Positions 1 to 11,730 of a stretch of 64,000 nt of DNA are shown one piece after another. The stretch is from Rhabdochlamydiaceae bacterium (GTDB taxonomy: Bacteria > Chlamydiota > Chlamydiia > Chlamydiales > Rhabdochlamydiaceae), in the NCBI GenBank assembly GCA_047459655.1, contig JAJREF010000002.1:96001-160000 (forward strand). The letters run 5' to 3'. How positions within the stretch are numbered: the stretch's first letter is position 1; each line of letters starts with the position of its first letter. The position numbers were made by a program, and so were the translations under genes. The notes below the pieces were generated by a model. The model did not search any database. It was not told the DNA's origin and saw nothing but the letters and a program-made list of their open reading frames with translations.

Positions 1-331
1 AGTAGCGCAGGAACCCCAACAAGTGGGCAACAACATAGCCCAAAAAACCCTCCCTTATCTAAGGAAAAACAACAAGAAGTCAATGCTATTGCAGAAAAAT
101 ACACTCTACTTGGCAGAGCATTGCATGATATGTCAATAGGAGCTGGAAGTGTTGGCGGAGGGTGGTATGATGCGGAGGCTAAAAGAAGAAGGATTAAAAC
201 ATTTAATCCAAATGGTAATTGAAAACACTAACACATCTAAACAACGATCTCAGCAGCAATACGAAGAAGCGGCTAAGCAAATAGAAGCAGCGATCCAAGC
301 TTACAATGCTGCTGCAAACGCTAGCCACTAA
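1..331 (+). CDS. Hypothetical protein, 5'-partial, probably frameshifted near 150-220
   Basis: Frame 1 is open from base 1 to about 220 and a second frame (ORF 149-331) is Q/A-rich and helical. Followed by an intrinsic terminator. Confidence 0.4.
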
Positions 332-360
332 TTTCTCTTTTCTCATTTTGTGCCTCTTGG

Positions 361-390
361 GCCGTGAAGATTTTCTTCACGGCTTTTTTT
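361..390 (+). terminator. Rho-independent terminator
   Basis: GCCGTGAAGA-TTT-TCTTCACGGC perfect 10-bp stem followed by T7. Confidence 0.85.
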
Positions 391-468
391 ATGCTCTTTC
401 AAAAATCTAAAATCTTTAGAATCTAGAGCTTGAATTTTTTTTCTTTTTTGTAGACTTTTGAAACTCAA

Positions 469-516
469 CTACTATATATGGTGTGTTTAAGGAAAGAGAA
501 CTACTATCCATAGTAA
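469..516 (+). promoter_or_regulatory. Tandem NrdR boxes upstream of nrdA
   Basis: CTACTATATATGGTGT (469-484) and CTACTATCCATAGTAA (501-516) resemble the NrdR consensus acaCwAtATaTwGtgt. Starts are 32 bp apart, upstream of a ribonucleotide reductase gene. Confidence 0.75.
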
Positions 517-559
517 TACGCGCCACTTAAGAAAAAGTTAAAAATCAGGAGATCTGTAT

Positions 560-3500
560 ATGAAAAGCCTATCTTTATCTCAAGAAAAAGATCTAAAACA
601 AGCATCACGAGAATCTAAAACTGCACACGAGCTTGCTGTTGTTAAAAGAAATGGGACGATGGTTCCTTTTAGAAAAGAAAGGATCTATAGAGCAATCGAA
701 CTTGCCTTCCGCGACACAAAAAGATTCGAGGTGAGGAAGTTTTTCCTGAAGACTTAAAAGAGACGGTAATGGAGATCACAGAACAAGTGGTCAAACAGCT
801 ACAGACCTTTGCATCGAAAGGGACTAGTCTCACAGTTGAAGGGATACAAGATGTTGTAGAAGTCACATTGATGAAGCTCGGCCACCATGATGTTGCAAGA
901 GACTACATCATTTATAGAGATCACCACAAACAACTCCGCACAGATTCACCACAACATTTCAAAGTATTCAGAAGAGATGGATCTTCTGTTCGTTTTAATC
1001 CGATGAAAATCACCTCTTCTATTGTAGATGCCTTTAGACGCGCTTGGCGCATAGAGGGTCTCTCCTCACCAGAAATTGTAGAAGCGGTTAACCTACTGAC
1101 ACAAAAAGTAGTAGATAGAGCTGTACGAGTTGTAAAAGAAGGTGGTTCTTTACATGTGACACGCATTCAAGATGAGATTGAAAATCTGCTCATGGAGGAG
1201 AAGTTTTTTGATATTGCCAAAGCTTATATCTTGTATAGAGCATCTATCGGAGAACAGTCGGTTGTAGAAGAAGAAGTAGGAGAGAAAGTAAAGAGACAAT
1301 TTACCATTCTTGCGCGGGATGGAAGCACCTATACAGTCGATGAACATTTCCTTAAAAATCGTTTAAATTATGCGTGTAAAGATCTCTCTGATGTTTCTGT
1401 AGAAGAGCTTCTTGAAAGTACGATCTTGAATTTCTATGAGGGGATGAAAGAGCATGAAGTAGATCTTGCGATGATTATGTCAGCAAGGGCAAGGATTGAA
1501 GTGGAAGAGAACTACTCGAAAGTAGCAGCTAGACTTCTCTCCGACGTACTATATAGAGAAGCCCTACATGTATCTGCATTCGATACAAAACTCGAAACGC
1601 TTCATACAGCTTATTTCAAAAAATATATTCAGCTTGGAATCTCTTTGCAACGCCTTACCCCTGCTCTTTTAGAATTTGATCTTGATCAACTAGGTCAGGC
1701 TCTTGATATAAAAAGGGATGATCTTTTTTCTTATTTAGGGATTCAAACTCTCTATGACCGCTACTTCATCCACGACAAAGAGCGCAGGCTAGAAACGCCA
1801 CAAATTTTCTGGATGCGTGTTGCAATGGGACTGGCACTGAATGAAGGAAAAGAAAAAAACAATAGAGCTATTGAGTTTTATAACCTCTTGTCGACGTTTG
1901 CATTTACTTCAGGTACACCGACTCTCTTTAACTCTGGAACGCTTCACTCTCAACTGAGCTCTTGCTACCTCTCAACGATTATGGATGATCTAAGCCATAT
2001 ATTTAAGGTTGTTGCCGATGATGCCCAGCTTTCTAAATGGGCAGGTGGCATTGGAAATGACTGGTCCTATGTAAGAGCAACGGGAGCTACTATTAAAGGA
2101 ACCAATGGCAAGAGCCAGGGAATCATTCCTTTTCTTAAGGTTGCCAACGATACAGCTGTTGCAGTCAATCAAGGTGGTAAGAGAAAAGGGGCTATGTGCG
2201 CTTATTTAGAAACATGGCACCTTGACATTGAAGACTTTTTAGAGCTTCGAAAAAATACGGGTGATGAAAGACGTAGAACACATGACATGAACACAGCTAA
2301 CTGGATCCCTGATCTATTCATGAAGCGTGTCATGAATAACGAAATGTGGACTCTTTTTAGCCCCTCTGATACGCCAGATCTTCATGATCTTTATGGAAGT
2401 GCCTTTGAAAACCGTTATGTTGCTTATGAGCAAATGGTTGAAAATGGAAAGATTAAACTCTTCAAAAAAGTCGAGGCTCTCCAGCTATGGCGTAAAATGC
2501 TTAGCATGCTTTTTGAAACAGGGCATCCTTGGATAACCTTTAAAGATCCTTCGAATATTAGATCTCCACAAGATCATGTAGGGGTTGTTCATAGCTCTAA
2601 TCTGTGTACAGAAATTCTACTTAATACATCTGCAGATGAAACAGCTGTATGTAACTTAGGATCGATCAATCTTGCGCTTCACTGCACAGAAAGTGGGATC
2701 GATGAGAAACAGCTTGCACAAACGATCAAAACAGCGATCCGCATGCTAGATAATGTGATCGACATCAACTACTATCCAACAAAAGAGGCACAGGCTTCTA
2801 ATGCAAAACACCGCCCTATCGGTATGGGGATCATGGGCTTCCAAGATTGCCTTTATATTCAAAACATCAGCTATGCAAGCCATGCAGCTGTTGCTTTTGC
2901 CGATAGCTCTATGGAACTTGTCTCTTTTTACGCGATATTGGCCTCTTCAGAGCTTGCTAAGGAAAGGGGAACCTATGAGTCCTACAAAGGCTCTAAATGG
3001 GATAGAGGCTTTTTACCTATCGATACGATCGGCCTACTTGCGCAAGAAAGGGGTGGATCTGTCGATATGGATGCCTCATCTAAGTTAGACTGGGATATTG
3101 TACGTGCCTCTGTCAAAAAATATGGGATGCGCAATAGCAATACAATGGCAATTGCCCCAACTGCCACAATCTCTAATATCACGGGTGTAACTCAATCTAT
3201 CGAGCCAATGTATAAACACCTCTTTGTCAAATCGAATCTCTCTGGAGAATTTACAATTCCTAACACCTATCTTGTTAAAAAGCTTAAAGCTCTTGGTCTA
3301 TGGGATCAAGAAATGCTCGATGATCTCAAATACTTCGATGGTTGCATTAGAGAAATTGAAAGAATCCCAGAAGAAGTAAAACAAATCTACTTAACCGCCT
3401 TTGAAATCGATCCTGAGTGGATTATTGAATGTGCAAGTCGCCGTCAAAAATGGATCGATATGGGGCAATCTCTCAACCTCTATCTTGCTGAACCATCAGG

Positions 3501-3741
3501 GAAAAAACTCAATGATATGTACTTACTAGGGTGGAGCAAAGGATTAAAAACCTTCTACTATCTCCGAACCTTAAGTGCTACACAGATTGAAAAATCTACA
3601 ACTGACATTAATAAACGAGGTCTCCAACCTCGTTGGATGAAAAACAAATCCGCCTCAAGCAACATTAAAATAGAGCGAGAAGAAACTGTTTCTGAGCCAA
3701 AAGTATGTAACCTAGAAGAAGGCTGCGAAAGCTGCCAATAA
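560..3741 (+). CDS. nrdA: Ribonucleotide reductase alpha subunit with three N-terminal ATP-cone-like repeats (frameshift near 735-745)
   Basis: VVKRNG / RRDG / ARDG cone starts, TPTLFN..QLSSC, SNLCTEI, PTATIS, C-terminal CESCQ. RBS AGGAG before 560. Confidence 0.95.
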
Positions 3742-3754
3742 GGAGTAAAATAAT

Positions 3755-4780
3755 ATGAAAAATACAGAAGAACGTGCAAAAGTTGATCAAAAAAGACTGA
3801 TTAATTGCCATCAAGTCGATGTTAATCAGCTCATGCCACTCAAATATAAGTGGGCTTGGGAACACTACCTAAATGGCTGCGCCAATCATTGGATGCCCAC
3901 AGAAGTTCCGATGGGAAAAGATATTGAGCTGTGGAAATCAAATACGCTTAGCTCTGATGAAAAGCTTGTAATCATGCGTAACCTTGGGTTTTTCAGCACA
4001 GCAGAAAGCTTGGTGGGAAACAACATTGTCCTTGCAATATTCAAGTTTGTTACAAACCCTGAGATTCGCCAGTATTTGCTACGACAGGGATTTGAAGAAG
4101 CAATTCACACCCACACCTTCCACTATATTGTAGAGTCGTTATCTCTTGATCAAGGAGAGGTCTTTAATATGTACAATGAGGTCAACTCGATCCGCAATAA
4201 AGATCAATTTGAGATGGAGCTTACAAAAGATCTTATGGATCCTAATTTTACAACAGCTACCCCTGAAGGAGCTCAGAAGTTTCTCGAAAACTTGATTGGA
4301 TACTACCTCATCATGGAAGGGATCTTCTTCTACAGCGGATTTGTCATGATTCTCTCTTTCCACCGTCAAAACAAAATGACAGGGATTGGAGAGCAGTTTC
4401 AGTACATCCTCCGCGATGAAACCGTCCATCTTAACTTCGGGATAGATCTTATCAACGGTATCAAGGAAGAAAATCCCCACTTGTGGACAGAGGCATTCCA
4501 AAAACACATCATTGAACGTATCCAGAAAGCTGTTGAATTAGAATATCTATATGCAGCTGACTGTTTACCCCGCGGGATCCTTGGCCTTACAGCCCCCATG
4601 TTCCGCGAATATGTCCAGTATATCGCTGACAGACGCCTTGAAAGAATTGGTCTTAAGCCCATCTATAAGTCGAAAAATCCTTTCCCTTGGATGAGTGAAA
4701 CCATCGACCTTGGCAAAGAGAAAAACTTCTTCGAAACACGGGTCACTGAGTACCAATCCTCAGGAAATCTGAGTTGGTAA
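3755..4780 (+). CDS. nrdB: Ribonucleotide reductase beta subunit, class Ic (Mn/Fe) type
   Basis: EEAIH and DETVH metal motifs. Phe at the radical-Tyr position (IHTHTF) and Glu as first ligand (STAES). C-terminal [10 protein letters not shown]. Confidence 0.95.
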   Translation: MKNTEERAKVDQKRLINCHQVDVNQLMPLKYKWAWEHYLNGCANHWMPTEVPMGKDIELWKSNTLSSDEKLVIMRNLGFFSTAESLVGNNIVLAIFKFVTNPEIRQYLLRQGFEEAIHTHTFHYIVESLSLDQGEVFNMYNEVNSIRNKDQFEMELTKDLMDPNFTTATPEGAQKFLENLIGYYLIMEGIFFYSGFVMILSFHRQNKMTGIGEQFQYILRDETVHLNFGIDLINGIKEENPHLWTEAFQKHIIERIQKAVELEYLYAADCLPRGILGLTAPMFREYVQYIADRRLERIGLKPIYKSKNPFPWMSETIDLGKEKNFFETRVTEYQSSGNLSW

Positions 4781-4788
4781 GAGCAATC

Positions 4789-4817
4789 AGGGCTAGATAG
4801 AGTAAATCTAGCCCTTT
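4789..4817 (+). terminator. Probable terminator after nrdB
   Basis: AGGGCTAGAT-7nt-ATCTAGCCCT stem with a short T tail. Confidence 0.6.
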
Positions 4818-4909
4818 CCATAACAAAAATTGGCTTATTTATCTCTTGTCTCTAAACTATCCCATGCAATAAAATAGACCTCTTAAAAATAGGGTCAAGG
4901 GGGGAATAT

Positions 4910-5755
4910 ATGGAAGCTATAGGCATAAAAAACACAGTACAGACATCTGAAGGAACCATTTCAGTCTGGGATAGTCAAGGAGAGGGAATACCTGTTGTTT
5001 GCCTTCATAGTAATTCAGCCTGCAAGGAAGCTTTCCATCAACAATTCTCAGCTCTTGGCCACACTTTCCGTTTTATAGCGGTCGATCTCCCCGGGCATGG
5101 TATGAGTGAAAATGCAAAAAATCCTTCTATTTATTCTATCCCAGGCTATGCCCAAATAATCTTTGAAGTTATAGATGCAATGAAAATCAATCGGGTAGTA
5201 GTTTTGGGTTGGTCTCTGGGTGGTCATATTGGCATTGAAATGGATCAACAGCAACCCACCCGTCTTATAGGACTTTGTATTACCGGTACGCCTCCTATTC
5301 CTTTCAGTCAAGAAGGATTTAATGCAGGATTCAGACCCATTCCCGTTATCCAAAATTTGCTGGGCAAAGAGGTTTTTACAATTAGAGAAGCGCAAGAGTT
5401 TAACAGATGCGGTGGTATTGATCTTACAACAGATCATTATCTTCTGGATGCAACCCTAAGAACTCATGGATTAGCACGATCGCATATGCTTGCTTCTTTG
5501 ATAAGAGGAGAGGGAAACAACCAAAAACAAGCTGTTGAAAAATCAACGACCCCTCTTCTTATAATCGCAGGAGAAAAAGATGAGGGTGTAAATAACGATT
5601 ATTTGACTCAAGAAGTATGTTATAAAAATCTCTGGTCAGGGAGAGTTCACATAATTGATGGTGCGGGTCATGCTACCCTGTTAGCAAGAGCGGATGCATT
5701 TAATGGAATTCTCTCACAGTTTTTAGCAGAAGTTTCTACACCTGCTAAAGATTAG
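4910..5755 (+). CDS. Alpha/beta hydrolase
   Basis: DLPGHGMS, nucleophile elbow GWSLGG, GEKD and AGH triad positions. Confidence 0.9.
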   Translation: MEAIGIKNTVQTSEGTISVWDSQGEGIPVVCLHSNSACKEAFHQQFSALGHTFRFIAVDLPGHGMSENAKNPSIYSIPGYAQIIFEVIDAMKINRVVVLGWSLGGHIGIEMDQQQPTRLIGLCITGTPPIPFSQEGFNAGFRPIPVIQNLLGKEVFTIREAQEFNRCGGIDLTTDHYLLDATLRTHGLARSHMLASLIRGEGNNQKQAVEKSTTPLLIIAGEKDEGVNNDYLTQEVCYKNLWSGRVHIIDGAGHATLLARADAFNGILSQFLAEVSTPAKD

Positions 5756-5943
5756 CGTAGGCCCTTTAGTAGAGATTCTTTTTCAGCAAGGAACTCTTTG
5801 AGCACCTGTTCGAATTCTTGGTCATTTGCTTCTTTGCTCACCTGAGAGGCGGCTAGATCGCGCAGCGCAAGGCGGCATACACGAGGATCTTCATCGTGGA
5901 GGGCTGCTTTTAAAGCTCTAAGGGAATCTGTAGCTTTACTCAT
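5752..5943 (-). CDS. Small hypothetical protein (HEAT-like motif)
   Basis: ORF coupled to the upstream gene, contains ALHDEDPRVC. Confidence 0.45.
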   Translation of the reverse strand: MSKATDSLRALKAALHDEDPRVCRLALRDLAASQVSKEANDQEFEQVLKEFLAEKESLLKGLR

Positions 5944-6206
5944 GACAACCCAAAATCTTTTAAGAGAGTGTCGACAAGGCCAATACCATTGGTTGTTAGA
6001 TAAAGGACGTTGCCTTCCCCTTTTTTGATGAAGTTGGCTTGGGCTAAGTGTTTGACGATGGTATCGATCCCTTTGTCGTTTTGGCCGATGGCTTGTCCAA
6101 TGAGATAACGATCGATCTCAGTTGTAACATCACCTGCGGCAAGAGCCATCTCGTGGAGTTTGATGAGAAAGCGTTCATCTTTGGTTGTGCTTTTTTGATT
6201 TTTCAT
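5940..6206 (-). CDS. Hypothetical protein, possibly winged-helix
   Basis: Coupled to the cysS stop. LAQANFIKK..LYLTTNG resembles a wHTH wing. Confidence 0.6.
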   Translation of the reverse strand: MKNQKSTTKDERFLIKLHEMALAAGDVTTEIDRYLIGQAIGQNDKGIDTIVKHLAQANFIKKGEGNVLYLTTNGIGLVDTLLKDFGLS

Positions 6207-7618
6207 TACGCTCCTTTTTTCTTTAATCTAGCGCCCGTAGGGGTATCTTCTATGGCAAAGCCCTTGGCAAGTAAAAGATCTCTGCAGGCGTCTGCTTCTT
6301 TCCAGTTTTTTGCACTTCTTGCTTCTTCTCTTTTTGTTAAGAGAAGAAGAAGATCGCCTGAAACATCTGCTTGTTTAGTCCCTAAAGGCAGTACTCCCAG
6401 TACTTGATCGATTTGCTGGAGAAAGTCAAGCGTTTTCTGCGCATCTTCTCTGCTGACTTTATCTTCATCAGCAAGGGTATTGAACTGCCTAATCAGTTCA
6501 AAGAGCGCTGCAAACGCTAAAGAGATATTGATATCATCAGAGAGTGCCTCTGAAAAAGCTTGGTGGGTTTGTTTAAGGAGGGGCTCTACTAAGCCAGCGC
6601 TTTTCATGGTTTCTACACTTTTTAGGCGCAGGATAAAATCTTCTATTCTTTGAAGCGATTTAGCAGCTGCGTGAAGCCCTTCGATCGTAAAGTTCATCTG
6701 CGTGCGGTAGTGGACTTGGAGAAGCATGTAGCGAACTTGGAGTCCTGTAAAGCCTTGTTTGAGTAAGTCTCTGAGAGTATAGAAGTTCTTAGCACTTTTT
6801 GACATTTTGCGATGATCGACTAAGAGGTGTTCAACATGGAGCCAATATCTTACAAAGCGCTGTTTAGAAAAGGCCTCTGATTGAGCAATTTCATTCTCGT
6901 GGTGGGGAAACATATTATCGACCCCACCTACGTGGATATCGACGGTGTAGCCAAGGATTTGCATGGCCATCGCGGAACATTCGATATGCCACCCAGGACG
7001 CCCCTTACCAAAGGGACTTTCCCAAAAAATATTGCCATCCCGCTCATGATCGTACGCTTTCCAGAGAGCAAAGTCAGAGACATGCTCTTTATCATATTCA
7101 TCTCCTGCGGTCCTCTTAGAAGCCCCCGCTTGGAGATCACAGAGCTGTAAATGGGAGAGCCTTCCATAGGAAGGAAACTTTGTAATGTTATAGTAGATGC
7201 TGCCATCTGATCCTTGATAAGCGATCCCCTCTTCTAGCAGTTTTTCAATGATCTCAATCATCATTCCAATATAATCGGTTGCAAGGGGGTAATATTCTAC
7301 AGGCTCAATACCTAGCTGGCTTAAGTCTTCAAAAAAGGCAGTGGTATATTTTTCTGTGAATGCTTTTAAAGAAACCTTCTCGCTCAGAGCTCCCCGAATG
7401 GTCTTATCTTCTACGTCTGTGATATTCATAGCCTGGATCACTTGCATCCCAAAAAATTTTAAAGAACGTCTAAGCAAATCTTCAAAAACATAGGTCCGGA
7501 AGTTTCCAATATGGGCGTAGTTATAAACAGTAGGGCCACAGGTATACATGCGGATGATATTGCCCTCTGCAGGGATGATCTCTTCTTTCTCTTTGGTTTC
7601 TGTGTTGAACAATTTCAT
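6206..7618 (-). CDS. cysS: Cysteine--tRNA ligase
   Basis: MYTCGPTVY, HIGN, GRPGWHIECSAM, KMSKS. Confidence 0.97.
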   Translation of the reverse strand: MKLFNTETKEKEEIIPAEGNIIRMYTCGPTVYNYAHIGNFRTYVFEDLLRRSLKFFGMQVIQAMNITDVEDKTIRGALSEKVSLKAFTEKYTTAFFEDLSQLGIEPVEYYPLATDYIGMMIEIIEKLLEEGIAYQGSDGSIYYNITKFPSYGRLSHLQLCDLQAGASKRTAGDEYDKEHVSDFALWKAYDHERDGNIFWESPFGKGRPGWHIECSAMAMQILGYTVDIHVGGVDNMFPHHENEIAQSEAFSKQRFVRYWLHVEHLLVDHRKMSKSAKNFYTLRDLLKQGFTGLQVRYMLLQVHYRTQMNFTIEGLHAAAKSLQRIEDFILRLKSVETMKSAGLVEPLLKQTHQAFSEALSDDINISLAFAALFELIRQFNTLADEDKVSREDAQKTLDFLQQIDQVLGVLPLGTKQADVSGDLLLLLTKREEARSAKNWKEADACRDLLLAKGFAIEDTPTGARLKKKGA

Positions 7619-10295
7619 TTGCAAAGTAGCTCATCTAAAGCACGGTAATGTGTCTTTCCTGTGCCGGTTAAAGGGATCTGTCCTATTTTACGTACTTCCC
7701 CAATTTTTATAATAGCGCCGTGGCCATGTTCTCTCAGAGCTTGGTTAACTTCTTCTCTAGAAATATCAAATGTTGCAAAAAGGACAATTGTCGGCTTTTC
7801 ACTCTCTCTTTCTAAGACAGACACCGCCAGGGCAGGACCCTCTAATTGTAACGGAAGTGGCCATTTTTTATCGAGTGCTAGAAGATAAAGCTCTTCTTCA
7901 AGCCCCCCTAAGCTCACCATCTCCCCCAATTTTGGCAAAACGCTTCAGCCTGCCTGAAATCAATAAGTTACCCTCATGGTCCATGAATCCTTTATCGCCG
8001 GAGCGGTACCAATTTTTACCTTGAATTGTAATAAAAGGAATTTTTTGAGATCCTAAATACCCATAAAAAACGTTAGGACCTCGGATACAGATCTCCCCTT
8101 CTTTACCAATAAGCAAAGGGATATTTGTCTCCACATCGATGATGCAGATATCAACACCAGGGATCGGCTTGCCAACACCCTTCTTCGGTTTCCCAGGCCT
8201 CGTAATACTCACAATAGGAGCACACTCGGTAATTCCATACCCTTCAATGATTTCCTTGCCACCACCCAGCTTCTCAACATAGTCAAATAATTCTTTGGGT
8301 GTTTTTTCCGCTCCCGATACGATGTAACGAAGGCTCTCTAGTTGCTCAGGTGTTGCTACTTGAAACACCCCTTTGATAAATGTAGGCGCGCAGCAAAAGA
8401 TGGTGGCTTTCCACTTACCAATTTGTCTTCCAATCAAGTGATAGTCGGTAGGATCTGGTGCATAATATACCCTCATTCCTGATAAAAGGGGGAAAAGACC
8501 GGTCACAGAAAAGCCAAAGGAGTGAAAAGGGGGCAAGACCCCATAAAAAATATCTTTAGCATTAAAATCGACGCAAGAGAAGCCTGCTTGCTGATTTGTT
8601 AAAATATTATGATGAGAGGAGGAACCCCTTTAGGCAGGGTTTCTGTGCCACTTGTAAATAAAATAACAGCTTGATCTGTGTCGCGGATGTCTCTCAAATC
8701 AAAATCTTCCAATAAGGCTTCTGCATCTTTTAGAAGATGATAAAAACCAGATAGTTTATCGCCAAATGTGATTTTCTCTTTTATCTCTTCCAATAGGAGG
8801 AGCATATCTTCAATAGGATCTAAATCAGCGTTCTTGACATTATTTAAAAAACGCCTAGAACTGAGTACATGGCGAAGGTGGGAATTTTTTACACAGTGCT
8901 CTAGCGCCCTTGCTCCTACCGTCCAATTGAGCATTACAGGAATTTTTTTAGCTAAAAGCGTTGCAAGGATCACTAGATAAGTAGACGCAGAAGAGGAAGG
9001 AGAATTCCGATATATTTCCCATCTAGCTTTTGTAGCTTTTTAGCAAGAATCAAGGCGCCGAGCTTAAAACGTCTATATGTCATCACGCCGTTTGAAGATA
9101 TCTGCACATGCTACTGAGCCATCCATCCGATCACAGGCTCTTAAGAAAGCTTCTTGGATTGTCTCTCCTGTAGGCGCAAGAGCAGGCGGCCTTGTTCTTT
9201 CTTCAGGCCATCCTACATGTGCTATTTCATCTGGTTTTTCCTTTTTGTTTCCACTGCGCCACTAATCGCGCGCAAGATATCTCCTACTGTCTCTATTGGG
9301 CTAGCGGCTAAATCCTCTAAATCATATTTGTTTTCTAGAAAAAGATATAGATCAGCCATGTCTAAAGAATCAAGCCCAATATCGCGCGATAGGTGAGACT
9401 TTCTTTCGATTTTTTCTGGACTTTGACGGGAAATATCGGAAATCTTTTTCGTAACTTCTTTTTCAATTTCAGGAGAAATGGTGATGTTTGTCTGCTCCAC
9501 AGCTACTTGCTCTTGGAGAGCTGTTGTGGGTAAGCACTCCTTCCAGAAGCGATCTGACACCAGTTTAACAGGCTCTACTTCGGGCGTGTTGTACCACCGC
9601 TCTAAATATTGATTCATCTCCAGGCGAGAGCCTTTCAAAGGGAAATCTTGTGGGGGTAGCTCTATTTCAACTGAGCACATCTCTTTTAGGGGTAAAAAAA
9701 ATACCATTTTTAAAAATTGACTTAATGCCTTCTATAAGAACTTTGCCAAAATCAGGTCTAGATCCACTCACGGCTTTAGAAAATCTACTACCCCACAGTC
9801 CTGTTGTCCGTATGAGTACAATATTCAGGTCAGGGCACGCTTGTACTAAATTATGTACTAAGGAAGCCCCTCCTATTTTTTCTCCATTAGAGACTCTTAG
9901 TTTTCCAGCTGGGTAGATGAGAAAATTATCCCCCTCTCGCAATTGCTCTTGGATATCACTAAAAAGCCTTTCAATCTTCTTCTCTTTCCATTTATTGGAA
10001 ACTCTATCCATCATATCTGGGATGGGAATTGCTCCGACAAGCTCCATCAAGTAGCGAATACCAGGTAAGTAATAAAAATGCTCTATGACCAAAGAATGAG
10101 GCTGAAATTTCCCCATAGTATTGTCATTAGAATAACAGGATCAATCTCGGCAGGGTGGCTAGGAAGAAAAAGCGTACCGCTCTTGTTATGGAGCCGCTTA
10201 AGATTTTCTAGCCCACGCACGTGCACGCGGTAGCGTAGGCGTAAACAAGTTTTGACAATTACAACGATGAACCATGTCCCAATCTTTTTCAACAT
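7615..10295 (-). CDS. aas: Aas-like acyltransferase / acyl-carrier / acyl-ACP synthetase multidomain protein (several frameshifts)
   Basis: HPAEID and YPAG (PlsC-like), GLDSLD (ACP-like), LFTSGTETLPKGV, EGYGITE, YRSGD, GRLKRFAKIGG, TGK (AMP-binding) in consecutive ORF pieces. Confidence 0.85.
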
Positions 10296-10337
10296 AGATA
10301 CCGATATATCCTATTCGAATATTCTTGCCCAGTTCCT

Positions 10338-10376
10338 AACCCCGAAATTTGAGTGAACCTGAGTTTACAACTACCT
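10338..10376. repeat. Palindromic element family E, one-arm remnant
   Basis: AACCCCGAAATTTGAGTGAACCTGAGTTTACAACTACCT matches the right half of the 44253-44319 element. Confidence 0.7.
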
Positions 10377-10379
10377 CTC

Positions 10380-11120
10380 TTACGCTAAAATCTTCTTCCA
10401 GTCTATGCAAGGAGAGAGATACTCTTCTTCGACATGTGTAGACCATCCTGGGACAGAGGAAACTAAATTCCGTCCCTGCTTTCCTAAAGCTAAAAACTTC
10501 TCATGGTCAGCAGAAATTTTACGCCCCTCTGAAAATTGTCTATGGATTGTGATATCTTGTTGGAGAGTACCATAGCGCATGGCATAAGTATTTGTCGTGG
10601 AAGGAGTCGTTCTCCAGTGACAATGCTCTGTATGAAAGATTTTCGATTGTAAATTGCTATAATTCGGATGAAAGTATTTATCACGGTGATCAAATAGTGT
10701 GATATAATGCGCATCTGGAATTGAGAATCCCTCCATTAAAACATCGACCCATCCCTCTCTATGCAAGTAATCATCTTCTAAAAAATAGACTATTGTATCG
10801 GGAGAAAGTGCAAGGCTTTCGACATAAGAGAGCAAGTAGAGAAAAGATCCTGTTTCTGTTCCTTCTTTAATTTCAACCACCGGATATTTTGTTTGCTCTC
10901 GTACAAAGTGAGGGGCTGGAGAAGGGTGGTGGATATCTAAAAGAAATGTAAGGTTAACTCTTTTGGGATCAAGCGTAGCTAGTAAATTGTCATAACATTT
11001 TTTTCTAGAAAATCCAGACAGGCGATTTTTGTGCGTGCTAATTTCAGAAAAATGGCAGTGTCTGACAATCAATTCTATTTTAGGCTGGAATAGTTCTTTT
11101 ATTTTTTTAAATAAAACCAT
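10380..11120 (-). CDS. Putative GT-A fold glycosyltransferase
   Basis: IVYFLEDDYLH DxD-like motif, intact 246-aa ORF. Confidence 0.6.
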   Translation of the reverse strand: MVLFKKIKELFQPKIELIVRHCHFSEISTHKNRLSGFSRKKCYDNLLATLDPKRVNLTFLLDIHHPSPAPHFVREQTKYPVVEIKEGTETGSFLYLLSYVESLALSPDTIVYFLEDDYLHREGWVDVLMEGFSIPDAHYITLFDHRDKYFHPNYSNLQSKIFHTEHCHWRTTPSTTNTYAMRYGTLQQDITIHRQFSEGRKISADHEKFLALGKQGRNLVSSVPGWSTHVEEEYLSPCIDWKKILA

Positions 11121-11127
11121 CGAATCC

Positions 11128-11553
11128 CTACGATTTTTTTAGGAACTGGAGTAATGCCTTACACATTGATTTGGACTCATTAAAAAAAAGATGAGATACA
11201 GCTTCTTCTAACAACACCCATTTTGCATCTTGGATCTCTTCTTCTTGTAAAATCAAATCTCCTGAAACAATTGCAGGGAAATAGGACACTTTTTTTTGAA
11301 TAATTTCCTGTTTACGATAAAATCGGTATTTTTCTACCAGAGGATCATCTTGCAAAACGCTATCCACGTTAAGGCCTGTTTCTTCTTTTAATTCGCGCTC
11401 TGCTGATTGAAGAGGGCTTTCTCCTGGATTACCATGACCTTTTGGAAAGGCCCAATGCTTTCCTTTTTGATGAAGAACGAGCAGGACATGCCAATGGGAT
11501 TGCCTCCAAATTAGAGGAATGATTCCAAAGGATTCCTCTTGTACTACGCGCAT
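11128..11553 (-). CDS. NUDIX hydrolase (Ap4A hydrolase-like)
   Basis: WAFPKGH and Nudix box GNPGESPLQSAERELKEETG, downstream of fabF as in Chlamydia. Confidence 0.9.
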   Translation of the reverse strand: MRVVQEESFGIIPLIWRQSHWHVLLVLHQKGKHWAFPKGHGNPGESPLQSAERELKEETGLNVDSVLQDDPLVEKYRFYRKQEIIQKKVSYFPAIVSGDLILQEEEIQDAKWVLLEEAVSHLFFNESKSMCKALLQFLKKS

Positions 11554-11566
11554 GAGCTATCCTTTA

Positions 11567-11730
11567 GGGGTTGTAAAACAATAAAATGAACGATTTCACC
11601 GCGCCAAATCAATCGAAAATCGATGATCGGAAATGGGGTTATATCCCTATGAATACTACCCCATTTCCGATCGTCGATTTTAGACGATTTTACGCTGGTC
11701 AAATCGTTCATTTTATTGTTTTACAACCCC
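11567..11730. mobile_element. Palindromic MITE-like element A1 (164 nt, TTA direct repeats)
   Basis: GGGGTTGTAAAACAATAAAATGAACGATTT...AAATCGTTCATTTTATTGTTTTACAACCCC, near-fully self-complementary. Second copy at 37737-37900. Confidence 0.9.
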
